Source: a candidate division WWE3 bacterium RIFOXYC1_FULL_40_10 (GTDB taxonomy: Bacteria; Patescibacteriota; WWE3; UBA101185; UBA10185). Taken from it: 64,000 nt of DNA. Below the pieces are notes generated by a model. It did not search any database and had not been told where the DNA came from. It was given only the letters and a program-made list of their open reading frames with translations. The position numbers were made by a program, and so were the translations under genes. Positions 1 to 8,356 of the stretch are shown piece by piece. Location: assembly GCA_001773215.1 (NCBI GenBank), contig MEWB01000001.1, forward strand, positions 5,964 to 69,963, read 5' to 3'. Position 1 is the stretch's first letter. Each line of letters begins with the position of its first letter.

Positions 1-362
1 ATCGCCAAGAATTAATGGATATCTACAAGAACCCTGTACACAAGGGAGCACTGAGCGATCCAAGTGCCATTTCTCATAAAAAAAACCCAATGTGTGGTGA
101 TGAGATGGACTTGTATCTAAAAATTGAGGATGGGGTAATTAAGGATGCGAGTTATACAGAAAGTGCGTGTGTTGTTAGCGTAATAGCTTCGGAAATACTG
201 CTCGAGAAGGTAATAGGAAAAAAAGTGGAGGCTATCAACAAAATGACAAAAGACGAATTTTTGACTGATTTGGGATTGAACCTAAGCACTTCTCGTGTAA
301 AATGTGCGATGCTAGTATTTGAAGCGGTGAAGGAGGCTTTAGAGAAATATGCCGGAAAATAA
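1..362 (+). CDS. SufU/IscU-like Fe-S cluster scaffold or sulfur-transfer protein (5' end probably outside the window)
   Basis: NPMCGD, ACVVS and RVKCA Cys motifs; frame is open upstream of the ATG at 15 (RQELMDIYKNP). Confidence 0.85.
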   Translation, partial: RQELMDIYKNPVHKGALSDPSAISHKKNPMCGDEMDLYLKIEDGVIKDASYTESACVVSVIASEILLEKVIGKKVEAINKMTKDEFLTDLGLNLSTSRVKCAMLVFEAVKEALEKYAGK

Positions 363-582
363 GAAAATCGACAAAATAACAAAAGACTCGAATATTGCAC
401 AGCTGGTTTTTAAATACCCTGCGATGGAGGAGGTTTTAATGGACTACGGGTTACATTGTGTTGGGTGTTTCGCCAGTAGTTTTGATACCATTGAACAGGG
501 TGCGAAGGTTCATGGGTTGAGTGATGAGGAGATAGAGGAAATGATAGGTAGAATTAACGAAGTACTCGAATTTGGGGAATAA
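349..582 (+). CDS. DUF1858 / hybrid-cluster-associated redox disulfide domain protein
   Basis: GLHCVGC motif, 77 aa, overlaps the sufU-like gene. Confidence 0.75.
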   Translation: MPENKKIDKITKDSNIAQLVFKYPAMEEVLMDYGLHCVGCFASSFDTIEQGAKVHGLSDEEIEEMIGRINEVLEFGE

Positions 583-603
583 TTCCCATGGTAAAATAGG
601 ATT

Positions 604-972
604 ATGCAATACCAAATTACATCAGATAATATGCAAGTGTCTGCTAGTATGGAAGCTTTGACGAGGGAGAAATTTTTGAGGATCGATCATCGCTTTAAGG
701 ATGTGGAAAGCGGTTCAAAATGGGTGAGGGTTGTTGTTAATACTGTACCGGGTGATCAGTTTGAGGTTAAGGCTCATCTAAATGTTAAGGGTAAGGAGTG
801 GTTTTCGGATGAGACGGATTACTCGCTTGAGAGTGCTTTGATAAGAACTGTGGAGGAGTTGATCGTTATGATTGAGAAGGACACGGATAATTCGGCTAAA
901 CGTACCGTTGAACTCACAGCTCAGGATTTGCTGGAAGACGAGATCAAAAACGAGGAAAATGTAGTAGAATAG
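604..972 (+). CDS. hpf: Ribosome hibernation factor HPF/RaiA family (short form)
   Basis: MQYQITSDNMQVS start, S30AE-like pattern; extended -10 TGgTAAAAT ends 6 nt upstream of the ATG. Confidence 0.75.
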   Translation: MQYQITSDNMQVSASMEALTREKFLRIDHRFKDVESGSKWVRVVVNTVPGDQFEVKAHLNVKGKEWFSDETDYSLESALIRTVEELIVMIEKDTDNSAKRTVELTAQDLLEDEIKNEENVVE

Positions 973-980
973 CGCGACTC

Positions 981-1090
981 GGGTGTCCTGCCTGCCGGCA
1001 GGCAGGTTAGCTCAGTTGTTCTTTGCGTAGCAAAGGCCTTCTAAGCAGACCGCCTTGCTTGCAAGGCGCAGACCTTGAATAGGGTGTTAG
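981..1090 (+). pseudogene. Decayed copy of the 5' half of tRNA-Ile(UAU), interrupted by short palindromes
   Basis: gggtgt[20-bp palindrome]ttagctcagttg...agcagac matches the tRNA at 1112-1140; extra hairpins ctttgc-gta-gcaaag and gccttgc-tt-gcaaggc. Confidence 0.6.
987..1006. repeat. Perfect 20-bp palindrome CCTGCCTGCCGGCAGGCAGG (copy 1)
   Basis: Self-reverse-complementary; identical copy at 54164-54183. Confidence 0.95.
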
Positions 1091-1111
1091 TCTGTTAAAA
1101 TTATGCACTGT

Positions 1112-1187
1112 GGGTGTTTAGCTCAGTTGGTAGAGCAGACGTCTTATACACGTCCGGTCCCAGGTTCGAGCCCTGGAACACCCACCA
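1112..1187 (+). tRNA. tRNA-Ile(UAU)
   Basis: Cloverleaf: acceptor gggtgtt/aacaccc, anticodon arm gacgt-ctTATac-acgtc, T-loop ttcgagc, encoded CCA. Confidence 0.93.
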
Positions 1188-1278
1188 TTGGAGCAATGAT
1201 ACCCCAGGCGAGAATGCCGCAGCCGCGACGGCGGCGAGGCGGGGTCGACGGGATCGCCAGCAGGCGAGAACCGGTGAC

Positions 1279-1299
1279 CGAGCCCTGGAACACACACCA
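1279..1299 (+). repeat. Direct repeat of the tRNA-Ile 3' end (att-like)
   Basis: cgagccctggaacacacacca versus 1167-1187, 20/21 identical. Confidence 0.85.
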
Positions 1300-1394
1300 G
1301 ACTACACTTCTCTTTGTCTGGCCGGCCACCTGTCATTGTGGGTCTATTACTCCATTAACATTCCTCTGTCTTTTTGATTTATACTATCTCTAGC

Positions 1395-2420
1395 ATGTCG
1401 GATTTAGAACAAGAACCTGGTCACATTAAAATCACACAAGGAGACCTAGAATCATCCTGGGAGGTCGGAGATAAGGCACGGGAAAAAGCTACGGATTTAT
1501 CCGAAGTAGATACTACTCATTATCTTGATCGATTTGAAGTAGCAGCTTACGTTGCAAAGGAATTTCCCGATTATGCTGAAAAATTAACAAAATCCGCCAG
1601 GCCAATAATTAGTGACCATCCTGATATGATGGAAAGATGGGAATCCGCCAGAATACTCAAACGAAAAGATAAGCATTCATATGAAACTTCCCAAAGTTAT
1701 TTTATTCGGGCATTGTATGAGGAAATGTTTGGTGTGAACCAAGCACCCGGAGATGAAACAGTCCAAAAGGACTTTGAAATCTCAAAGGATCCTAGCTCCA
1801 ATCCCGAAAAATTGCGCGTGTATCAAGGAATCATGGGAATGACTCCCGGGGGTTTGATGTCCCACTTTGCTTTTCTTGGATCTATTAGTGGGGTGTCACT
1901 GGAGGACGCTCCAAAATTAAATTTGAAGGGGAAAACTTGCGCGGAAGCTTATCCCAGCTTAAATGCTGAGCTGGGCTGGCCGAATGCCGAGCCTGTGATA
2001 GATTTAATCTATCACTTTACAACACTGAGGGATGCTTCGTATATGGCGGCACATAAAAGGCAATTTACTATCAGAAATATTGAAACGGGCAAAAAATACC
2101 CGCCTGAATATGATTCAATAGGATATAGATTAATGCTCATGTGTCACGACTGTCCTGATATGATAATTCCGGTACAAGATGAGGAGTTATTGAGAGAGCT
2201 AGGCTTTAAATGGGCTGCACCCAAGCATTTGGTGTATAAGAGGGTATGGGAGGTTTCCCAAGTGGTTTACGACCTTATAGGGTCCGGAGAGATTAAATTT
2301 ACAGAGGAACAACATAAAGCTATAGATAGAATGCTAAAAATTCGAACTCACCCTGAAATGCAAGTATTCTTCAAGTACCTTTCTCCTTCAGGTTATATAA
2401 ATGCTCAGAATGAAGATTGA
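1395..2420 (+). CDS. Hypothetical protein
   Basis: 341-codon ORF; TATACT ends 9 nt upstream of ATG 1395; no recognised motif. Confidence 0.7.
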   Translation: MSDLEQEPGHIKITQGDLESSWEVGDKAREKATDLSEVDTTHYLDRFEVAAYVAKEFPDYAEKLTKSARPIISDHPDMMERWESARILKRKDKHSYETSQSYFIRALYEEMFGVNQAPGDETVQKDFEISKDPSSNPEKLRVYQGIMGMTPGGLMSHFAFLGSISGVSLEDAPKLNLKGKTCAEAYPSLNAELGWPNAEPVIDLIYHFTTLRDASYMAAHKRQFTIRNIETGKKYPPEYDSIGYRLMLMCHDCPDMIIPVQDEELLRELGFKWAAPKHLVYKRVWEVSQVVYDLIGSGEIKFTEEQHKAIDRMLKIRTHPEMQVFFKYLSPSGYINAQNED

Positions 2421-2457
2421 GCTTTAATTTCAATACTAAAACGTATATACTTTTGCT

Positions 2458-4071
2458 ATGCCCCTGACCGAAAATAAGATTTACGCTCTTAAAGATGAAA
2501 CGGATTATAAACATGAGGGCAGTTCCCTATACGAGACATATAAAAACTTAAGCGATTTTGCAAAAGATGGCGACGAATATCGGCACAGGCGTTCGGAGAT
2601 GGTAAACGAGTTTTTTGTGCAACTTGGTGCTATTTCCCCACCGGAGAAAGCCGGAGTGAAAGGCCAATTTAATATACATGAAGCGAAATCAGGAGAATTT
2701 AACGGCATCGAATGCAAAACACCACCCCCGGAGCAGTTTGATCGAAGACCCGAGGAACCTACAATCTATTTCAAAGCTATCGAGGAGAATGGCAAGATGC
2801 CGAAGGAAATTGTGGTGATAGTTCATATGCCCGATGGTACCGTGGTGTATTCGGGTATGGAAATTGATAACCTTGGATATGTTAAGGGATCCGGAAATAG
2901 AGTGGGTGCAATCACAACTGATGAATCCTACAACGAAGCTGCTGCAGCCAAACAAGGGTGGTTTTATGATTATGTTGTTGATTCAACAAAATCTGTTTCT
3001 ATGGAGGACGTATATAAAAAGTCGGGTTCTGAGAAGTACTATAAAAAACTGTATGGCAAACTTAAGGGCACTGTAGAGCATAGCAAGTCCCTTTATGAGA
3101 TTGATAAAGAAAAAGGGGCAAAGCAGAGAACATTTGAGGGAGTTGTTGCGGAATATCAAGAGAGTTTTGCACAAAGAGATGTAGAGGAAGATGCAATAGT
3201 GGCTGATACCCAAGCAAAGCTGGAGGAGTTCGAAGCTGAAAGGCAGATAATGCTAGCTGACATTAGACGGCTTATAAGCGACTATAACAAAGCAACTGAT
3301 GAAATTGCAGCAAAGGATGTGATTATTGAAACACGTGAAGAGAGTATAGCTAATTTGAAGGGCAGAATTACCCAGTTGCAAAAAGAAAACCAGGCTTTGA
3401 AACAAACTCCCGATTTGTCCTATGAGGCGCTCATCTTTTTGAATCAACATCCGGATGCGGGATTCCCACAATTTTTAGCAGCTAACGAAGGGCTACGAAA
3501 ACTTATTGAATCCAAGTCCTTAACACAAGGACGCGCGATGGAAATATATAAAAAGGTGATGCTTGCAAGAATGAGTACGACTGCCGAGGATGCTGTTTCA
3601 ACTACAACATTGTCTGACCATCAACTGGAGGCAGCACAGAGGCGGGCATACTACAAAGACCGTACTACAGCTAAACCAAAGGCCGAGGAGGCGCGACCTT
3701 TCAACGAATCCGGGGAGATAATTAGGTCTCAAGTACCGGATAAAGCGATGACTGATGACGTTATCGCAGCACAAGTAATGGCGGAAAATATAGGTCGTAG
3801 GGAAAACCGCACTGTTTTTAATGAAGAGGGAGTGGCTGATCCTCATCGAAAGCTTGAAAGAGAAGAGGCCCAAAAAAATTTAAACTTGAGCCTTATTAAT
3901 GAGAGGATCTCTTCCTATCTATCAGGCCAGAAAATAACCGAAAGAAAATTACCCTTTGAGGCTGTTGCGGATTTTATTAGTAAAGACCCTGATATCTCTG
4001 TGCTAGTTAACGAAGGGGTGCTATCTGTTGCAGATGTGGAAGCTATTTATAGAAGGGTATTAGGAATTTAG
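2458..4071 (+). CDS. Hypothetical protein with central coiled coil
   Basis: 537 aa; heptad-rich segment at about aa 235-320; TATACT ends 6 nt upstream of the ATG. Confidence 0.75.
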   Translation: MPLTENKIYALKDETDYKHEGSSLYETYKNLSDFAKDGDEYRHRRSEMVNEFFVQLGAISPPEKAGVKGQFNIHEAKSGEFNGIECKTPPPEQFDRRPEEPTIYFKAIEENGKMPKEIVVIVHMPDGTVVYSGMEIDNLGYVKGSGNRVGAITTDESYNEAAAAKQGWFYDYVVDSTKSVSMEDVYKKSGSEKYYKKLYGKLKGTVEHSKSLYEIDKEKGAKQRTFEGVVAEYQESFAQRDVEEDAIVADTQAKLEEFEAERQIMLADIRRLISDYNKATDEIAAKDVIIETREESIANLKGRITQLQKENQALKQTPDLSYEALIFLNQHPDAGFPQFLAANEGLRKLIESKSLTQGRAMEIYKKVMLARMSTTAEDAVSTTTLSDHQLEAAQRRAYYKDRTTAKPKAEEARPFNESGEIIRSQVPDKAMTDDVIAAQVMAENIGRRENRTVFNEEGVADPHRKLEREEAQKNLNLSLINERISSYLSGQKITERKLPFEAVADFISKDPDISVLVNEGVLSVADVEAIYRRVLGI

Positions 4072-4072
4072 T

Positions 4073-4405
4073 ATGTCAGAAGAACACAAGCAATTAATAG
4101 AGATTATCAAAAAACTTGATACCGAAAATTTAGTTTCGGATACATATGCAAAACTGTGGGATAAAGATGTAGATAAGGGGGACTTAGCCGACTTTACGAT
4201 ATCGTTAGCACACTTATTAGCCAGTTATAGGTCGGCGAAAGTTAAGGCAGATGGGTATGACCAAGTTAAGAGCACTCGAGAAAAATACCAAACCGAATTA
4301 AAAGAGTTGGAAGCTTTATACAATGAAATTAAGTTGACTAAGATGATAGATTTTCCTGCTGCCTCCGATGAATTAACAGCTCAGCTTGATGCCAAATCTC
4401 AGTAA
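4073..4405 (+). CDS. Hypothetical helical protein
   Basis: 110 aa, starts 1 nt after the previous stop. Confidence 0.65.
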   Translation: MSEEHKQLIEIIKKLDTENLVSDTYAKLWDKDVDKGDLADFTISLAHLLASYRSAKVKADGYDQVKSTREKYQTELKELEALYNEIKLTKMIDFPAASDELTAQLDAKSQ

Positions 4406-4412
4406 TCTAGGA

Positions 4413-5288
4413 CTACAATATTCCTAAGTCGTTTTTTTCAGGTTCGTTAGATTTTTCTATATAGTTTAAGTATCTTTCGATAGTAGATATTCTTTTGTGC
4501 CCTGATATTTTTGACAACTGTAGAATACTTACACCTGCTGTAAGATGGTGTGCTACGAAAGTATGGCGTAAATCGTTAACTTTTGCTTTAGCGACTCCTG
4601 CAAGCTTAAAATATCTGTTAATAGTAGATCTTATATTTCTTACCAATAGTGCATTCCCTGTTTTTGTGATAAACAAGTTTTCGGCCTTAGCAATATTAGG
4701 TCGTTCTTCTGTACGATATTTTGTTATTGCCTCAATAACAGCTTTATTCAAAGGAATATTTCTTGATTCTTTGTTATTTCTTTTCGGGATAAACATGGAT
4801 CCGGTTTCTCCTTTAATGTCTAAATCGGCCAATTTAATTCCTGCCAATTCCGAAATGGTCACGCCGGTTTGAAGTAACACTTCTATCATAGCGTAAGATC
4901 TGGAGTCGTTTTTAGCGGCATCCCTTAAGGCTCTATATTCCATTTTTGATAATATTCGCGGTTCTTTCTCTTGTAGTTTGGGATGTTTTAACTCCTCACC
5001 GATATTTTTTGGCATATGGCCTTCGATGGATAGATATTTGATAAATGTTCTTGTAGCATTTGTTTTCCTTGAAATCGACTTAGGGGTGTATTCCATGTCG
5101 GCTAAGTTTTTCATGAACTCTTCTAAATGTTTAAGGTTTATATCGGAAACTAAATCAACACCTTTGTTTCCAAGGTGACCTATAAGTTGCTCGATATCTT
5201 TATTATAGGCAATTAAGGTTGCCTGTGACTTACCCTCGGTCTGAAGGTGGTCTATGAACTTTTTGTGTGCTATTTCTAATTTAATCAT
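4413..5288 (-). CDS. XerC/XerD-family tyrosine recombinase with degenerate catalytic residues
   Basis: N-terminal core-binding (SAM-like) domain; box I LLQTGVTISEL (Arg replaced by Thr); NDLRH; GH...RY. Confidence 0.85.
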   Translation of the reverse strand: MIKLEIAHKKFIDHLQTEGKSQATLIAYNKDIEQLIGHLGNKGVDLVSDINLKHLEEFMKNLADMEYTPKSISRKTNATRTFIKYLSIEGHMPKNIGEELKHPKLQEKEPRILSKMEYRALRDAAKNDSRSYAMIEVLLQTGVTISELAGIKLADLDIKGETGSMFIPKRNNKESRNIPLNKAVIEAITKYRTEERPNIAKAENLFITKTGNALLVRNIRSTINRYFKLAGVAKAKVNDLRHTFVAHHLTAGVSILQLSKISGHKRISTIERYLNYIEKSNEPEKNDLGIL

Positions 5289-5400
5289 AAGTTGTTGTAT
5301 CAACAAATAACTGTTGGTGCGGTATCTTAAGTGCCGCTCCTATAGGGTATAGTACAATTATTAGTGGAAGATGTCAAATATATAGGATATATTAACTTTA

Positions 5401-5811
5401 ATGCCTTTAGCGAAGAAAATTAAGCTTATAACAATTACTGTATTACTTAGTTTAGTGACAATAGGTCTTGTGAAGAACTCTTTTATGTTGTTGCAAAGCA
5501 AAAAACGCCTGGATGATATAAGAGCTGAAGTAACCAAGCTAAATAACAAAAAAAGCGAGCTGGAGGCGGAAATAGCTTATAAACAAACACCTGAATATAT
5601 CGAAGAGAAAGCAAGAAACGACCTAAACATGATTAAACCGGGTGAAAAGGTATATGTTTACACTGGGTATAGCGATGATCAGGTATTTTCAAGTAATCAA
5701 GAGGAATATCGAAGTTTTGCAATAAAGGGGGTACATGGAGATGTAGCGGGGTCTTCTGCCGGGCGAGATGCTCCCTTATACATGTGGTACAGGCTTTTTT
5801 TCTCATTCTAA
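5401..5811 (+). CDS. ftsB: Septum formation initiator, FtsB/DivIC family
   Basis: N-terminal TM helix, coiled coil, YIEEKARNDLNMIKPGE motif. Confidence 0.8.
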   Translation: MPLAKKIKLITITVLLSLVTIGLVKNSFMLLQSKKRLDDIRAEVTKLNNKKSELEAEIAYKQTPEYIEEKARNDLNMIKPGEKVYVYTGYSDDQVFSSNQEEYRSFAIKGVHGDVAGSSAGRDAPLYMWYRLFFSF

Positions 5812-5858
5812 GCTTTTGACTTTATTTTCTTTGTTTGTTACTCTGACAGTGGTAATAA

Positions 5859-5932
5859 CGCGGGGTGGAGGAACGGCACCTCGTCGGGCTCATAATCCGA
5901 AGGTCCCGGTTCGAATCCGGGCCCCGCAACCA
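5859..5932 (+). tRNA. Initiator tRNA-fMet(CAU)
   Basis: C1:A72 mismatch, A11-U24 pair, anticodon arm tcggg-ctCATaa-tccga, encoded CCA. Confidence 0.92.
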
Positions 5933-5957
5933 AAAATGTAAGCCTTGTTAGTTGTGT

Positions 5958-6806
5958 TTAATCTTTCCTCACGCTCTTTTCGAAGCCCGTTATGAAACCG
6001 TTTTTAAACTCGGCAATTTCCTCGATTAATTCCTCGTAAGCTTTGTACCAGAAAGAATGCTCATAATCACCAATAATGGGGAAGTACTTAACTTCTTTCC
6101 ATGCTCGAGGATATTCGAAAGCATCGCTTTTGATCCAGTTTAGTACATTGCTTGAGGTACTACCTGGGTGAACAATAAACACAGTAAAATTATCATCCAC
6201 TATCAAGGGCCTCGTTTCTTTTAGTGCGTTGAGCCAAATGTTATATTCAATCGTTATCTTATTTTCTTCCAAAAAAGGTCCGTATTTTTTATAAAAATTT
6301 ACCGAAGCAAATGTATTCTCATGGGAAATGAAATTTCGAATGCCCATAATCTGGGTCAGTAAATGTTTAAGTATTTTTGATAACGGCAGGATAACAATAT
6401 TGTCTTTAAACATCAAAACGCCATTTCCAATCAACCATTCATATTTTGGGTTTCTATCAAAATAGTTAACAACACGTTCCAATGAATTTTCATTGATATA
6501 AAAGTCATCGCTATGTAAAAAGTGGATTATGTCTCCTGTTGCATGCGTTAGCGCGATATTAAGGGCGTTTGCAATGCCTTTAGGTTTTGATTGTATAAAT
6601 TGTGTCTGGATATCGGGGTTTTCTTTTATATAGTGTTTAATTATTTCTACACAGCCATCCGTAGAGTAGCCATCGACAAAGATATGTTCGATGTTTCGGT
6701 AAGTTTGCTGTTTAACTGAGTTTAAGCAGAGGTTTAGGAATTTTTTAGTATTGTAAGTAGCTGTGACTATAGTTATCTTAGGCTCTCTTGGGACAGTGCG
6801 ATTCAT
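5958..6806 (-). CDS. Glycosyltransferase family 2
   Basis: ITIVTATYN, VDGYSTDG, FLHSDD. Confidence 0.9.
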   Translation of the reverse strand: MNRTVPREPKITIVTATYNTKKFLNLCLNSVKQQTYRNIEHIFVDGYSTDGCVEIIKHYIKENPDIQTQFIQSKPKGIANALNIALTHATGDIIHFLHSDDFYINENSLERVVNYFDRNPKYEWLIGNGVLMFKDNIVILPLSKILKHLLTQIMGIRNFISHENTFASVNFYKKYGPFLEENKITIEYNIWLNALKETRPLIVDDNFTVFIVHPGSTSSNVLNWIKSDAFEYPRAWKEVKYFPIIGDYEHSFWYKAYEELIEEIAEFKNGFITGFEKSVRKD

Positions 6807-6839
6807 AACTTCTAATTCTACTCCATTATGGAGAGGGTT

Positions 6840-6868
6840 TTGACATCATGAATGCTACAGGGTATGAT
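6840..6868 (+). promoter_or_regulatory. Sigma70-type promoter of the orphan gene at 6916
   Basis: TTGACA-17 nt-TATGAT. Confidence 0.65.
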
Positions 6869-6915
6869 ACCCTAGTTAACTACCAGACAAAGATCCAAAA
6901 GGAGAAAAAAACACT

Positions 6916-7344
6916 ATGTTTGGCTTGCTTTTTGCACTAATTAGCTTGGCTTGGAAAGTTTGGATTGGCCATCAGACCTTTGGTGTAGCCTATACAGCTG
7001 CGGCAGGTTTCTTGTTTAATTGGTATGTAGTATTTGCCTGCATATCTGTCGGTTTGATCTTGGTTGTTGCCCTGTTAGTAGCCTTGGGCGCTGGTGGAGG
7101 AGTTTTTCTTGAATTCGGACCTATCGCGGGTGTTTTCGCAATGATCGCTGGCGGAGGTTTTACGTTGATTATAGCTGCGCTGGGTTTTATCTTGCGATAT
7201 GGTTCCCTAATTGCGGGTACATTTTTGCTAAAAAGTGCTTGGAATGGGGGAACTTGGGATGTTGCCAGGCTGGTGGTTGGAGGGCTACTGTTACTTATGG
7301 GGTTGATAGTTTCCTCCAAACGTTCCCGATCTAGTTCCAGCTAG
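6916..7344 (+). CDS. Small multi-pass membrane hypothetical protein
   Basis: Gly-rich hydrophobic helices; SD AAAAGGAG. Confidence 0.7.
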   Translation: MFGLLFALISLAWKVWIGHQTFGVAYTAAAGFLFNWYVVFACISVGLILVVALLVALGAGGGVFLEFGPIAGVFAMIAGGGFTLIIAALGFILRYGSLIAGTFLLKSAWNGGTWDVARLVVGGLLLLMGLIVSSKRSRSSSS

Positions 7345-7370
7345 AAAGATTATCCGGTTTGTGAGGTTTG

Positions 7371-7412
7371 ATCCCCGCGTTGTGCTTTGTGCCATGCGGG
7401 GATTTTTTTTGT
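7371..7412 (+). terminator. Intrinsic terminator
   Basis: atccccgcg...tgcggggat stem followed by a T-run. Confidence 0.7.
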
Positions 7413-7447
7413 TCCTATTGTGCTATATAATAACTCCCGTTATACAA

Positions 7448-7523
7448 GCCAACGTAGCTCAGGGGTTAGAGCGGGCGTTTCATAAGCGCTAGGTCGGTGG
7501 TTCAAGTCCACCCGTTGGCACCA
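7448..7523 (+). tRNA. tRNA-Met(CAU), probably elongator
   Basis: Cloverleaf, paired G1-C72, anticodon arm ggcgt-ttCATaa-gcgct, encoded CCA; Ile2 identity cannot be excluded. Confidence 0.88.
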
Positions 7524-7575
7524 AAAAATTCACCCACCTGTATCAAATATCGACACACAGTGGGTGGTAGTAAGC

Positions 7576-7893
7576 CTAGATAAACAAGAACAGGTGCCAA
7601 ATTCCATAAGCCGAAGCTAAATTCGCGGAGACAAACATTAACGTGCCCAACCACAGGTCTCCGGATCTAAGATTTGGTCGAACACATATTTCAAACTTTC
7701 CAAGGATAGGCTTTGTAGTGTAATTCCAGGCCATGGGGCTAAACAACAGTAGGGAAAATAGCAGGCAGGGGAAAGCCAAAAAAGATGAAATAACCGGTGT
7801 TGCTTGTTTAAGGTTTACTCCGCTTCCCATAGAGATTAGATTTACGAGCAAGCATAAGCCAAACCAGATCACAAATTTCCCATAGGTTCTCAT
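7576..7893 (-). CDS. Small membrane hypothetical protein
   Basis: 105 aa, three hydrophobic segments, GAGG upstream. Confidence 0.55.
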   Translation of the reverse strand: MRTYGKFVIWFGLCLLVNLISMGSGVNLKQATPVISSFLAFPCLLFSLLLFSPMAWNYTTKPILGKFEICVRPNLRSGDLWLGTLMFVSANLASAYGIWHLFLFI

Positions 7894-7904
7894 CAGTTTA
7901 TCCT

Positions 7905-8300
7905 CTATTTTGGAAAATAGTCAGAAAGGAGTGTTGCAATGGAGTCGACAGAATATGCATTTTTGCTACTCTCATTTCCAAACGGGTCGCTTGCAGTGCA
8001 CCTGAAAACCCCCAGTTCCCTGAGCACACCATACCTTTCCATTTCCCCCTCTAACGCCTCTTCGAAGTCCTTCAGCCATTCATACGAGGAAAATTTTACA
8101 TGGATTTCGATCCATGAATCAGATGATCCCTTTTCCATCACCTTTATTGCCTTGTTAAAGTTCGAGGGGATAACTTGCGATTCCAGCTTAACATGAGGAA
8201 CCTTATCGAAATTTCCTTCCAGCAGGCCTCTTAAAAACTCCATAGTAAGATCCCAATATATTAATCCGGTCGAGTTATATCTTAACCACGAGGGTTTCAT
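7905..8300 (-). CDS. Hypothetical protein
   Basis: Start moved to ATG 8300 (SD GGAGGA), which removes the overlap with trpS. Confidence 0.55.
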   Translation of the reverse strand: MKPSWLRYNSTGLIYWDLTMEFLRGLLEGNFDKVPHVKLESQVIPSNFNKAIKVMEKGSSDSWIEIHVKFSSYEWLKDFEEALEGEMERYGVLRELGVFRCTASDPFGNESSKNAYSVDSIATLLSDYFPK

Positions 8301-8356
8301 TTCTTCCTCCAATCCGATTTGTAGTTTGAGTTGTGTTAGCTGGTATAATACCAGAT

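Noticed and set aside
1101-1393. Five overlapping short ORFs on both strands
   Set aside because: They overlap tRNA-Ile and the GC-rich insert; shadow ORFs
1112-5306. tRNA-anchored genomic island (tRNA + orphan genes + integrase)
   Set aside because: The tRNA 3' repeat is only 91 bp downstream rather than beyond the recombinase, and the recombinase is Xer-like and lacks its catalytic Arg
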